A stretch of DNA of 64,000 nucleotides from Holophagales bacterium (GTDB lineage: Bacteria > Acidobacteriota > Thermoanaerobaculia > Multivoradales > Multivoraceae): the NCBI GenBank assembly GCA_009837885.1, contig VXSP01000003.1:9069-73068 (forward strand), read 5' to 3'. This document shows, in pieces, positions 1-8,899 of the stretch (the stretch's first letter is position 1; every line of letters begins with the position of its first letter). The notes beneath the pieces are model-generated. The model had not been told where the DNA came from, did not search any database, and was given only the letters and a program-made list of their open reading frames with translations. The position numbers and the translations under genes were made by a program.

Positions 1-28
1 GCCATCGGGCTGGAGGAACCAACGAGCT

Positions 29-2968
29 ATGACGAAGCGACTCCCTACCGCCGCGACCGTTGTGTTCGCTGTGACCTTGCCCGCCTTCGGACAGTTGCCC
101 TGCAACCCGTGCGTCGGTCTGGCGACCGACGACCCGGGCGCCATGGCGGACCTGCTGGGCACGCTGCCGGCATTGCCCGAGGAGGCGATACTGGTCGTCA
201 AATGGCCGGTGGAGCTGGCCGACGACGCAGCGGTACCGGCCGCGCGCGAGGCGGCCTCGGCGCTCCGGGCCGCGGGTGCGCTGCCGTGGTACGCGGTTCG
301 ATTCGCCGCGCCGCCACCTCCGGCCGAGCGGGGCGACGACCTGACGGCGGAGCTCGAGCGGCTCGCCGACCTCGCCCGCACCGCGACGGCCGGTGCCCTG
401 TTTCAGTTGAACTGGCAGGGGGAGCTCCTCAACGAGCCGCAGGCTGTCCAGGAGTACGCGCTCGCACTCAAGCGGGCATCGGTCGCCGTTTCGGGCGCGC
501 AGCCGGACGCCGCCGTCGTCACCGAGCCGCTGCCGCCTGACCCCGAACTGGTCCGGGCGCTGTACGCCCAGGAACTCGACGCCTATCTCGACGGAGTCGC
601 GTTCCGGCCCGGCCAGGGAGCCGGCGCCGCTGGAGTCGCCGAACTGAAGGACCTCATCCGGGAGCTCGACCCGGACGCGCTGGTCGCGCTCGAGCCGAAC
701 GCCGCAACCGCGGGCGGTGAAGGAGCGACACTGGTGCGAGCCGCGGCCGAGGCGGAAGCGGGCGCTTCGCTCTCCCTGTTCGCGCTCTCCGGCGAGGCCG
801 GCGCCGACGCGGCCACGGTTCGCGCAGCACGACTGATCGCCCAGGAGTTCTCGGGCGACGTCACCTACGATCCCTACTCCACTCCCGCCGGCGCCGAGGC
901 CTGGAGCTTCGTCCGCGGAGAGGACCTGAGCCTGCGAATCGTCGTGTCGCCACCCACCGGGGGCGGACCGTTCACGCTCCGCTTCAGCGACCGGCAGATC
1001 GGGTCGCCGGCGCGCTTCGACCCGGCGACCGGCGAGTCAGACCTCGTCTTCGGCGGACGCCGCACCCGCAACGGCTATGAACTCGAACTGAGGGACGCCG
1101 CCGAGCCCTTCGTGTTCCGCCTGGAGCGGGACCTGGCGGTCGGGCTCGACGGCGCCGAGAGCGTCGAGGAGGCGCTGACGGTCGCCGACACCCGCCGCAT
1201 CCCGGTCGGCGAGATCCTGCGGCGGCTGCAGGCCTTCGAAGACGATCAATCACGTCGGGTAGCGAACTACAGCGCCACGAACACGACGTCGCTCCGGTTC
1301 CAGCTCGGCACCGGCGTCCAGTCGGTCGACGCGACCTTCCAGGGCCCCTTCTTCTTCCGCCAGGGCGCGGGCTTCGACTGGGCCTGGGACAACTTCTACG
1401 TCAACGGCATCCGCTGGCGACGCAAGCGGATCCCCGAGATCCCCCTGATCCAGCCGGAGAAGGCGGCGGCGATGCCGGCCGAGATCACGTTCACCAGGGA
1501 GTACCGCTACCGCCTGCGGGGCACGGCGACGGTGGAAGGCCGAGACACATGGGTGGTCGACTTCGAACCGGCGGAGGCTCTGATCGAGGGCCGCAGCCTG
1601 TTTCGCGGCACGGTCTGGGTGGACCGTGAGATCTACGCGCGGGTGAAGACCCGCGCGGTTCAGCTCGGACTGACCGGCGACGTGCTGTCCAACGACGAGA
1701 CCACGTTCTACACCCCGGTCGACGCCGGCGGACAGCCGGCGGCGTGGGAGCGGTCGTCCTACTGGCTGCCGACGCGGGTCATCGGCCAGCAGTTGTTCTC
1801 GGTCCTGAACGCGACGACGATCGTCGAACGGGAGATCGAGCTGACCGGGATCCGGATCAACCCGGCCGACTTCGACACGCGACGCGACGCGACCCTGGCC
1901 TCAGAAGCGACGATGGTGCGCGACACGGAGGCAGGCCTCCGCTACCTGGAGCTAGACCAGGAGACCGGCGAACGCGTGGTCAAGGAGGACGACAAGACAC
2001 GGATGTTCCTCCTCGGCGGCGCCTTCTACGACGAGGCCCAGGACGGCCCGCTGCCGCTGGGCGGCGTCAACTGGCTGTCCTTCGACTGGCGGGGCACGGG
2101 CACCCAGGCCGACCTGTTCATCGCCGGGCCGCTCATCCTCGCCGACATCGCCAACCCAAGCCTGTTCGGCTCCCGCTGGGACGCCGGCGTCGACGTCTTC
2201 GCGCTTGCCTTCGCCGGCGAGGACGTGCTCTACCGGGAAGGCGTCGAATCGCCGACGGAGAACGTCGAGCGGCTGCTTCCGAACATCGACTTCAGCCTGG
2301 GCCGGCCGCTCGGCAGCTTCGTCAAGCTCGACCTCCGCTACGAGCTGTCCTGGAACAACTTCCAGCGCGCCGACGAAACGGGCGAGGACTTCGTTCTGCC
2401 CTCGGACCACCTGAGCCACAGCGTCGGCGCCATCGTTCGTTACATCCGCTCGGGCTACCGGCTCGTCGCCGGCGGCTCGTGGAACCTGCGGGACGAGTGG
2501 CAGCCCTGGGGCCTGGGCGCCGCCAACCTGACTCCGGACAGCTACACGCTCTGGAACATCGGCGTCGCCAAGACCTGGCATCTACCGAAGTTCCAGAAGT
2601 TCGGCGTGGCCCTCGAGTACGTCGACGGCAGCGACCTCGACCGCTTCAGCAAGTACGAGTTCGGCTTCTTCTCGGACGTCAACGTCCACGGCTACCAGAG
2701 CGACAAGGTGCGCGCCGAACGCGCCGCCGCCGCCCATGTGAGCTACGGCTTCGAGCTCGGCGAGATCTTCCGCATCGACCTCGTCGGCGACGCCGCCTGG
2801 GCCACCGACCCCGCCTCCGGCCTCGACCGCGAACTCCTCGCCGGCGCCGGCATCGTCGGCACCTTCATCGGCCCCTGGGGCACCGTCGTCAACATGGACA
2901 TAGGCCACGCCCTCGCCGGCCCGGACGACGGCTGGAGCGCCTTCATCGCCGTACTGAAGCTGTTCTGA
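29..2968 (+). CDS. large secreted/outer-membrane-type protein of unknown function
   Basis: 979-aa ORF from ATG 29. The N-terminus MTKRLPTAATVVFAVTLPAFGQ is signal-peptide-like. The middle region resembles LolA-like outer-membrane lipoprotein-sorting fold proteins. The last ~350 aa show an alternating beta-strand pattern ending ...FIAVLKLF (terminal Phe is typical of OM barrels). Domain calls are by eye. Confidence 0.6.
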   Translation: MTKRLPTAATVVFAVTLPAFGQLPCNPCVGLATDDPGAMADLLGTLPALPEEAILVVKWPVELADDAAVPAAREAASALRAAGALPWYAVRFAAPPPPAERGDDLTAELERLADLARTATAGALFQLNWQGELLNEPQAVQEYALALKRASVAVSGAQPDAAVVTEPLPPDPELVRALYAQELDAYLDGVAFRPGQGAGAAGVAELKDLIRELDPDALVALEPNAATAGGEGATLVRAAAEAEAGASLSLFALSGEAGADAATVRAARLIAQEFSGDVTYDPYSTPAGAEAWSFVRGEDLSLRIVVSPPTGGGPFTLRFSDRQIGSPARFDPATGESDLVFGGRRTRNGYELELRDAAEPFVFRLERDLAVGLDGAESVEEALTVADTRRIPVGEILRRLQAFEDDQSRRVANYSATNTTSLRFQLGTGVQSVDATFQGPFFFRQGAGFDWAWDNFYVNGIRWRRKRIPEIPLIQPEKAAAMPAEITFTREYRYRLRGTATVEGRDTWVVDFEPAEALIEGRSLFRGTVWVDREIYARVKTRAVQLGLTGDVLSNDETTFYTPVDAGGQPAAWERSSYWLPTRVIGQQLFSVLNATTIVEREIELTGIRINPADFDTRRDATLASEATMVRDTEAGLRYLELDQETGERVVKEDDKTRMFLLGGAFYDEAQDGPLPLGGVNWLSFDWRGTGTQADLFIAGPLILADIANPSLFGSRWDAGVDVFALAFAGEDVLYREGVESPTENVERLLPNIDFSLGRPLGSFVKLDLRYELSWNNFQRADETGEDFVLPSDHLSHSVGAIVRYIRSGYRLVAGGSWNLRDEWQPWGLGAANLTPDSYTLWNIGVAKTWHLPKFQKFGVALEYVDGSDLDRFSKYEFGFFSDVNVHGYQSDKVRAERAAAAHVSYGFELGEIFRIDLVGDAAWATDPASGLDRELLAGAGIVGTFIGPWGTVVNMDIGHALAGPDDGWSAFIAVLKLF

Positions 2969-3027
2969 GCGGAGCGCTCGCTTCGGTCGCCCTCGCAAAC
3001 TCCTAACCGTTGCATGTCGCTTGGCTC

Positions 3028-3189
3028 GCGGCCCGTGGTTAGACTCCACCGTGGCACCGAGACCGGTGAGGCGCGCGTCTGGCTAGGCGCGACGAAGAAC
3101 ACATACCGGGCTGTATCTGCCTGAGGAGCAACGACGCCAGGCGCGATGCATCGCCGGTCGAATGCAGGTGGCGTCTAACCACGGGCCGC
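3028..3189. repeat. 162-nt long-range inverted repeat / rod-like structure (candidate sRNA or MITE-like element)
   Basis: Arm 3028-3050 GCGGCCCGTGGTTAGACTCCACC is the reverse complement of arm 3167-3189 with one mismatch. Inner helices 3061-3066/3154-3159 and 3074-3082/3137-3145 extend the rod. It lies in the 300-nt non-coding gap after the first gene. Confidence 0.6.
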
Positions 3190-3270
3190 TGTGCCCGCTG
3201 GGAGCCTCCCTCCCCGATCCCCTCACTGCGCGAGTCTCTCTGAACAACCCCAGCCCGTATCTCTTCAGGA

Positions 3271-3648
3271 ATGAGCCGGACTCCGGACCCAGCGCGAGTC
3301 GCTATCCACAGCGCGCAGGGCGGTCTACTATCAATCATGGCTCCGGAAACCCCGTCTGAACTCGAAGCAGACGAACTTCAGCCCGACGATGTCGTAGAAG
3401 TTCCCATCGGGGATGAGATGGACCTGCATCCGTTTCAGCCGCGCGAGGTGAAGGATGTCGTCGAGAGCTACCTGGATGCTGCGTACGAGAAGGGGTTCCG
3501 GGAGGTGCGGATCGTCCACGGGCGCGGCATCGGTGTGCAGCGGCAGATCGTTCGGAAAGTGCTGGAGCGGGATCCGCGGGTCGTCTCGTTCAGGAGTGGC
3601 GGGCCGGGCGGGGGTGGTTGGGGCGCCACGGTGGCTCGGCTGCGCTAG
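3271..3648 (+). CDS. Smr domain-containing protein
   Basis: The motif EMDLHPF...REVRIVHGRGIGVQRQIVRKVL...GGGGWGATVARL matches the Smr (MutS2 C-terminal-like) nuclease domain pattern. The start is uncertain (ATG 3271 or ATG 3337). Confidence 0.75.
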   Translation: MSRTPDPARVAIHSAQGGLLSIMAPETPSELEADELQPDDVVEVPIGDEMDLHPFQPREVKDVVESYLDAAYEKGFREVRIVHGRGIGVQRQIVRKVLERDPRVVSFRSGGPGGGGWGATVARLR

Positions 3649-3669
3649 CAACCAGACACGGGGGCGGCG

Positions 3670-4521
3670 ATGAAGAAGGCGATCGCGGCGGCGGTCCTCG
3701 TCGGCTTGCTCCTGGTTCTGACGACCACGCGATTCGGCATCTTCATCGTCTTCGACGTTCTGGGAGACGTCGGCTCCGACAATCTGCCGACCGACCCCAC
3801 CGCAGGACCCCTGGTCCTTTCCGGCGCCCTGAGAGCGAAGGAGCGGATGCCGTTGCCGGAGTCGCTGGAGCAGGCTTCCGGGCTCCACGTCGACGGTCAA
3901 CACATCTACGTCAGCACGGATCAGGCGGAGCTGTTCACGCTGTCGCATACGGGCGTCGAGGCTCGACCGGTAAGCCGCTTGCTGGGCGGCCCGTTGATCC
4001 TGCGGCAGGGACGTCTGGAGGGCATTGCCGTAGACCGGAACCGGCTCCTCGGCATCGGCGAGTTGGGAGCACTCAGGTCGTGGCGGTACGACGAGGAGCG
4101 GTGGCAACCCGGCGAATCAACGGCGTTGCCGGACGGTCTCGAGAACCTGGAGTTCACCGGAATCACCCGGTTCGGCACCGACCTCCTTGCCACCGCGGAC
4201 GATGGTCTCGACATCTGGAATCTCGGCACGGGCGATCGGCACCAACTCGATCTCGGCGCTTACCTGCGGCCCGGACGCAGCGCCGACGGCCTGCTGGTCT
4301 CCGGGATCACCGCGGACGCCTCGTCCGTCTACCTCGTAACCGAGAACTACTCCTCCATCCTGCGAGTCGATCCGATCGTCTGGCGGGTCCTGGACGTCTG
4401 GGGCATCGACGCCGGAGAATCGTCTGATATCGCCGTGCTGGACGGTTCCGCCTACGTGACCGTCGATCACAACTACTTCGATCCGCGGCCGCCCCTCCTG
4501 GTCTACGAGTTGCCCCGCTAG
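3670..4521 (+). CDS. membrane-anchored hypothetical protein (possible beta-propeller, SdiA-regulated/YjiK-like)
   Basis: 283-aa ORF. N-terminal anchor MKKAIAAAVLVGLLLVLTT. Repeated EGIAV/SGIT-type strands. GC3-rich frame. The family call is weak. Confidence 0.55.
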   Translation: MKKAIAAAVLVGLLLVLTTTRFGIFIVFDVLGDVGSDNLPTDPTAGPLVLSGALRAKERMPLPESLEQASGLHVDGQHIYVSTDQAELFTLSHTGVEARPVSRLLGGPLILRQGRLEGIAVDRNRLLGIGELGALRSWRYDEERWQPGESTALPDGLENLEFTGITRFGTDLLATADDGLDIWNLGTGDRHQLDLGAYLRPGRSADGLLVSGITADASSVYLVTENYSSILRVDPIVWRVLDVWGIDAGESSDIAVLDGSAYVTVDHNYFDPRPPLLVYELPR

Positions 4522-5081
4522 CCGGATCGACCAGCCTGGTAGCGCGCCCACAGCATGCCGAGGCCGAACGCGATCAGCGGCGTCGCGATCAGCAGATCGG
4601 AGGGGCTCAGCGTGTACACGGGCTCGGCCGCGAGGGCCTCGGTCAGGGTCTGGTCCGGGGACGCCACATCCGGCGTCTCGCCGCCAAGAACCCGGGTGAC
4701 CGCCGCGCCCGCCTCGGGGCGCTCGGAGCGCAACTGGTAGGCGAGCCAGCCGCCAAGGGTCACGCCGGCGAGAAGGAACTGGGCGCTCGCCCGTCGCAAC
4801 TGGGATTCGGCCTCGCGGTGCGCATGTTCCCGCTCGCCTGAGGTGAGGTCGGAGTCGTCCACGCGCTGCCAGCGCTCGACGTCGATCTCGGCCCGGCGCC
4901 GGGTCGCTGCGATGCCGGACACGAAGCCAATCGCCGCCACCAGCACATGGAGAACCCAGACCAGGCCCGGGATGTCACGGGGAATGATGTGGACGCCGAC
5001 GATCGTCAGGACCGCCAGCCCCAGGAAGACAGCCGACCAGACGACGGCGATGCTCTGCAAACGCTTCCAGTTCATCTGCAA
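4518..5081 (-). CDS. hypothetical integral membrane protein
   Basis: 187-aa ORF with about 4 hydrophobic helices. It sits directly downstream of the TRAP permease on the same strand, and its stop overlaps the convergent stop of 3670-4521 (CTAG at 4518-4521). Confidence 0.55.
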   Translation of the reverse strand: MQMNWKRLQSIAVVWSAVFLGLAVLTIVGVHIIPRDIPGLVWVLHVLVAAIGFVSGIAATRRRAEIDVERWQRVDDSDLTSGEREHAHREAESQLRRASAQFLLAGVTLGGWLAYQLRSERPEAGAAVTRVLGGETPDVASPDQTLTEALAAEPVYTLSPSDLLIATPLIAFGLGMLWARYQAGRSG

Positions 5082-5094
5082 GCTCGACGCTCCA

Positions 5095-7047
5095 TTATGT
5101 TCTCCCCAGCAGGTCGAGCAGGCCCAGGGTGAGCCCCGGCACGTAGGTAATCAGCAGCACGCCGATACCGAGGATGACCAGCGCCGGAACGGCGGCCCGA
5201 TAGACGGCGAGCAACGGCCGTTCGAAGCGGTAGGACGCCAGGAACAGGTTGAGGCCCACCGGCGGCGTCAGGTAGCCGAGCTCCAGGTTGGCAACGAAGA
5301 TGATCCCGAGGTGGATCGGGTCGACACCGAAGGCCAGACCGAGCGGGATGATCAACGGCACGACGACGACGGTGGCCGAGAAGATGTCCATCAGGCAGCC
5401 GACCAGCAGCAGGAAGACGTTGAGCGCGAGCAGGAAGACGATCTTCGACTCGATGTTGTTCTGCACCAGCTCGACGAGATCCTGAGCCGCCTGGGCGTCG
5501 ACCAGCCAGTTCGTCAGACCCATGGCCGCCACCAGGATGATCAGCACGCCGCCTACCAGCACCGCGCATTGCCGGAAGACGGCGAGAAGGGGCTTGCCGA
5601 GCCTCACGTCGCGGTGCACCAGGCACTGGACGACGAAGGCGTAGAGAGCCGCCAACGCCGCGGTCTCGACCAGGGTCGCGTAGCCGCTGAAGAACGAACC
5701 AACGACGACGATAGGTAGCAGCAGCTCCCACTTGCCGCCCCAAAGCGCGCGCACGAACTCGCTGCACAGGAAGCGCTTCACTACCGGCGGCAACCGCTCC
5801 CAGACGACCGGCAGGCGCCGTCGAGCCACGGATGGGAACCGCTCCCGATTGACATCCCCAATCCCGCGGTCGTCCACCCCTGCCGAAGTACGGGCCTTGC
5901 CGATTCCGCCGCGCAGGGCCTCCCTGACGCCCCAAAGCGCGATCAACGCGATCAGGAGGAGCCCTGGGACGATCCCGCCAATGAACAGGTCTTCGATCGG
6001 TACCTCAGCGACGATGCCGAAGAGGATGAGCGGCAAAGCCATCGGCAGCAGAAGGCCGAGCGAACCGGAGGCGGTAAGCAGGCCGAGAGAGAAGCGCTCA
6101 CGGTAGCCATCCGCCGAAAGCGCGGTGAAGAGCACGCCGCCCAAAGCCAGGATGGTGACGCCCGAACCGCCCGTGAAGACGGTGAAGAACGCGCAAACGA
6201 CGGCGCACACCACGGCGGTGCTGCCCGGCACCCAGCCGAAAAGGGCGCGAAACACCCTGAGCAGCCTCTCCGACGCCCCGCCCTCGGCGAGCAGGAATCC
6301 GGTCAGCGTGAACAGCGGGATCGCCGCCAGGGTCGGCGACACGGCGAGCCGGTAGCTCTCCGCCGGGACCGCTGCGAGCGGCACGAAGTCGGAAAGGAAC
6401 AGGAACAACGCCGCGCCGCCGAGGGCGGCGAAGATGGGGCCGCCGAGGAGAGTCGAAGCCAGGATCAGAACCAGCCACGGCGTGGCCGCTCGATCGGCAA
6501 AGGAGTCGGCGTTGGCGCCGATCCACAGGCCGAGCAGGATGCCGAACCCGGCCATGGCTCGGCCCATCCACAGATCCGACGACTTCCAGGCCAGGCGCAG
6601 GGCCAGGATCGCGAAGCCGACGGGCATGACCGCCTGGCCCACCCAGACCGGCACCCCGGCCGCCATCTCGATGCCGCCCTCGCGTTCGATCTGGACCAGG
6701 TCGAGACTGGCCGTGCCCAGCAGGGTCGCGATCATCGCGCTGATGCCGCCGGTAAACACGGCGGCCACCGCCCGAAACCTGCCTTCCGGCAGGAAGTTGC
6801 CCGTGGCCAGGGCGAGCAGGCGTCCTTCTCTTGCCGCCAGGGCCGCTCCCAGGAACGCGACCCACAGGGTCAGGTGCTGCTCGAACGGAAGCGCGCCCGG
6901 AATGCCGGTGCCGAGCTGGCGGACGACGATCTCCGCGAGGGGCAGGAGCACCATCGCGCCGAGCAGGACGATCGAGACACCGTCCTCCAGCCGGTGGAGG
7001 AAGCGCACCGGGGCCCAGGGACGGACCGCGGTGGCGCTCTCAGTCAA
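5095..7047 (-). CDS. dctQM: TRAP transporter fused permease (DctQ-like small + DctM-like large subunit)
   Basis: 650 aa. An N-terminal 4-TM DctQ-like segment is followed by a DctM-like polytopic permease (LGYLTPPVGLNLF, IFSATVVVVPLIIPL motifs). It overlaps the dctP stop. Confidence 0.9.
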   Translation of the reverse strand: MTESATAVRPWAPVRFLHRLEDGVSIVLLGAMVLLPLAEIVVRQLGTGIPGALPFEQHLTLWVAFLGAALAAREGRLLALATGNFLPEGRFRAVAAVFTGGISAMIATLLGTASLDLVQIEREGGIEMAAGVPVWVGQAVMPVGFAILALRLAWKSSDLWMGRAMAGFGILLGLWIGANADSFADRAATPWLVLILASTLLGGPIFAALGGAALFLFLSDFVPLAAVPAESYRLAVSPTLAAIPLFTLTGFLLAEGGASERLLRVFRALFGWVPGSTAVVCAVVCAFFTVFTGGSGVTILALGGVLFTALSADGYRERFSLGLLTASGSLGLLLPMALPLILFGIVAEVPIEDLFIGGIVPGLLLIALIALWGVREALRGGIGKARTSAGVDDRGIGDVNRERFPSVARRRLPVVWERLPPVVKRFLCSEFVRALWGGKWELLLPIVVVGSFFSGYATLVETAALAALYAFVVQCLVHRDVRLGKPLLAVFRQCAVLVGGVLIILVAAMGLTNWLVDAQAAQDLVELVQNNIESKIVFLLALNVFLLLVGCLMDIFSATVVVVPLIIPLGLAFGVDPIHLGIIFVANLELGYLTPPVGLNLFLASYRFERPLLAVYRAAVPALVILGIGVLLITYVPGLTLGLLDLLGRT

Positions 7048-8065
7048 CCGAAGACTGCCGGCGATAGGCGTCCCGAACCGCCGTGGCTCGGTCGAAGATC
7101 GCTTCCGGAACGGTGTTCCCGCGCATGCTGGCCGCGAAGTCGTTGGCGATCTCCACCCAGTCGTCCTCGACCTCGGTGCCCACGATCGGTACGACTTCCA
7201 GGCCCTGACCGCCCATCAACCCGACCGCCGTTTGTTCCAGGGTCGGAATCGTCTCGAAGATCCGGTCCTCCGCCCGCTGACCGGCCTTGATCATCACCTT
7301 CCGATCCTCGTCGGAGATCCGGTTCCATGCGCGTTTGGTAACGAGGATCGCCCCCATCATCGGAATCAGCGGAATGTCGGCGAAGTACTTGGCCTGCTTG
7401 AAGAACTGGACCTGCATCGCGTAGATCGGCGGCACGGCGAGCGCGTCGATCATGCCGGTCTGGAGCCCGGTGACGATGTCGGTGGCCGCCAGCGCCACCG
7501 GCTTGAAGCCGCCCTCACGCCACCAGCTCGTCATCGCCTCGTCGCCGGCCCAGGTGAAGATCTTGAGCCGCTGCATCTCCTCGACCGTACGCGCCAGCTC
7601 GTTCGTGAAGAAGTGGACCTGGCCGACGTAGCCCCAGCCCAAGAGCACGAAGCCCTCCTCGTCCAACGTCTCGCGCAGGCCGGGGGTCAGCTCCCGCAGC
7701 ACATGGAACATCTCCTGTTCGTCGTGGAAGAACAGGGGGATCTCGAAGACGGTGAAGTCCTTCGAGATGTCGGCCAGGCCGGCCACCGAGAGAGCGGCCG
7801 CGTGGTACTGGCCGATCTTCATCTTGCGCAGGATGTCCGGCTCGTCGCCCGCGACGCCGCCGGGATAGATCGTGAGAGTGACCCGGCCGTCGGTACCGGT
7901 CTCCCAGTCCCTGCCCATCGTCTCGAAGAAGCCGTCCCACGGCGAGCCGTCGGGCGAGAGCGTCGCCATCTTGACCGCGAAGCCGGCGCCGGCGACAGGC
8001 TGCGCGGCGAACGCCGCGATCAGGATCAGCGGCGCGAACCGGACGAATGGCCTGGCAGTGTTCAC
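7040..8065 (-). CDS. dctP: TRAP transporter substrate-binding protein, DctP family
   Basis: Homology-like sequence starts at GTG 8065 (VNTARPFVRFAPLILIAAFAAQPVAG signal, then KMATLSPDGSPW..., typical of DctP). The upstream 111 codons of the track ORF are Arg/Gly-rich and were rejected. Confidence 0.85.
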   Translation of the reverse strand: MNTARPFVRFAPLILIAAFAAQPVAGAGFAVKMATLSPDGSPWDGFFETMGRDWETGTDGRVTLTIYPGGVAGDEPDILRKMKIGQYHAAALSVAGLADISKDFTVFEIPLFFHDEQEMFHVLRELTPGLRETLDEEGFVLLGWGYVGQVHFFTNELARTVEEMQRLKIFTWAGDEAMTSWWREGGFKPVALAATDIVTGLQTGMIDALAVPPIYAMQVQFFKQAKYFADIPLIPMMGAILVTKRAWNRISDEDRKVMIKAGQRAEDRIFETIPTLEQTAVGLMGGQGLEVVPIVGTEVEDDWVEIANDFAASMRGNTVPEAIFDRATAVRDAYRRQSSVD

Positions 8066-8079
8066 CAGCCGGCACTGTA

Positions 8080-8775
8080 TCAACGGCCGATCTCGCGCTC
8101 CCCCACTACGCGGCGCTCGACACCCCACGCCCGCCAACGAGCTTCCGGCGGCGTCACCTCGCCTTCGTCGTCCCCGCCAGCGGCGGCAACCAGAAGGAGA
8201 CGCAACCGGTCGAGCAGCCCGGCCGCCTTGCGATCCCGTCCCCCGCTCCGCTCCACGACCGCCGCGGCCAGCGACCTTTCCTGCTCCGCGTCCACGAGCA
8301 GCGTCGTCGGCCGGCACCACAGCACCGAGCCGGCCAGGGCGCGGCGGCTCGGCTCGAGCGCCAGCACCGCCAGGTGCGCGCAGCACCAGTCGAGCCACAA
8401 CCGCGCGAGACGGTCCGCCGGCGTCGGCGTCGCCGCTTCCGCTCGCGCCGGCGGCGTGACGACGACGATCTCCCGCGCCAAAGCACCGCGCGCGAGCAGA
8501 CGGTCGAATACGACGATCGCGTCCGCGGAATCACCGGCCGAGGCCGCAACGTGAAAGCAGAGGGCCTCCGGCGACGACTCGGGCGCCGGAACGTCGCCAG
8601 CGGCCGGTCCCTCGTCCCGTTCCAGCACGGCCCGCCAACGCTCGACTTCGGTCCATCCGCGCTCGAAGGACCACCAGCGCCAGCGCCCGTCCCGCGGATA
8701 GAACAGCCACGGCTCGTGACCGCGGCGGCTACGGGCCGCGGCCGCCAAGGCTTCCCGCGCCTGTGACGCCGCCAC
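8080..8775 (-). CDS. hypothetical protein
   Basis: 231-aa ORF immediately upstream of dctP on the same strand. I recognise no confident motif (faint resemblance to an ANL-type N-terminal segment). Confidence 0.45.
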   Translation of the reverse strand: MAASQAREALAAAARSRRGHEPWLFYPRDGRWRWWSFERGWTEVERWRAVLERDEGPAAGDVPAPESSPEALCFHVAASAGDSADAIVVFDRLLARGALAREIVVVTPPARAEAATPTPADRLARLWLDWCCAHLAVLALEPSRRALAGSVLWCRPTTLLVDAEQERSLAAAVVERSGGRDRKAAGLLDRLRLLLVAAAGGDDEGEVTPPEARWRAWGVERRVVGEREIGR

Positions 8776-8899
8776 GGGGGTATCCTATGGCGTTGCGGAA
8801 CCCGTGTGGCGCGTTGCGCGCCACACGCGTCCCAGCCCGAGCGGCCGTCATGGGGCGCTCGGGTGGAATCTGCGAAGTTCCGCGCCCGTTGGTCCCCCC

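Noticed and set aside
3028-3189. Assigning the rod-like structure to a named RNA family (6S, SRP, tmRNA, RNase P)
   Set aside because: I see no SRP domain IV motif (GGAAGCAGCC-like). The size is wrong for tmRNA and RNase P. The 6S features cannot be verified without a covariance-model search, so it is left as an unnamed candidate.
4518-4521. Convergent stop-codon overlap (CTAG) between 3670-4521 and 4518-5081 as a regulatory feature
   Set aside because: A 4-nt tail-to-tail overlap is common in compact GC-rich genomes, and I see no additional structure.
8066-8398. 111-codon N-terminal extension of dctP
   Set aside because: It is Arg/Gly-rich and overlaps the upstream 231-aa ORF. The signal peptide begins at GTG 8065.
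6434-8554. 706-aa ORF on the plus strand, antisense to dctQM and dctP
   Set aside because: It is Arg/Pro/Ala/Ser-rich low-complexity with no motifs. It fully overlaps two genes that have clear family signatures. This is a typical high-GC antisense open frame.
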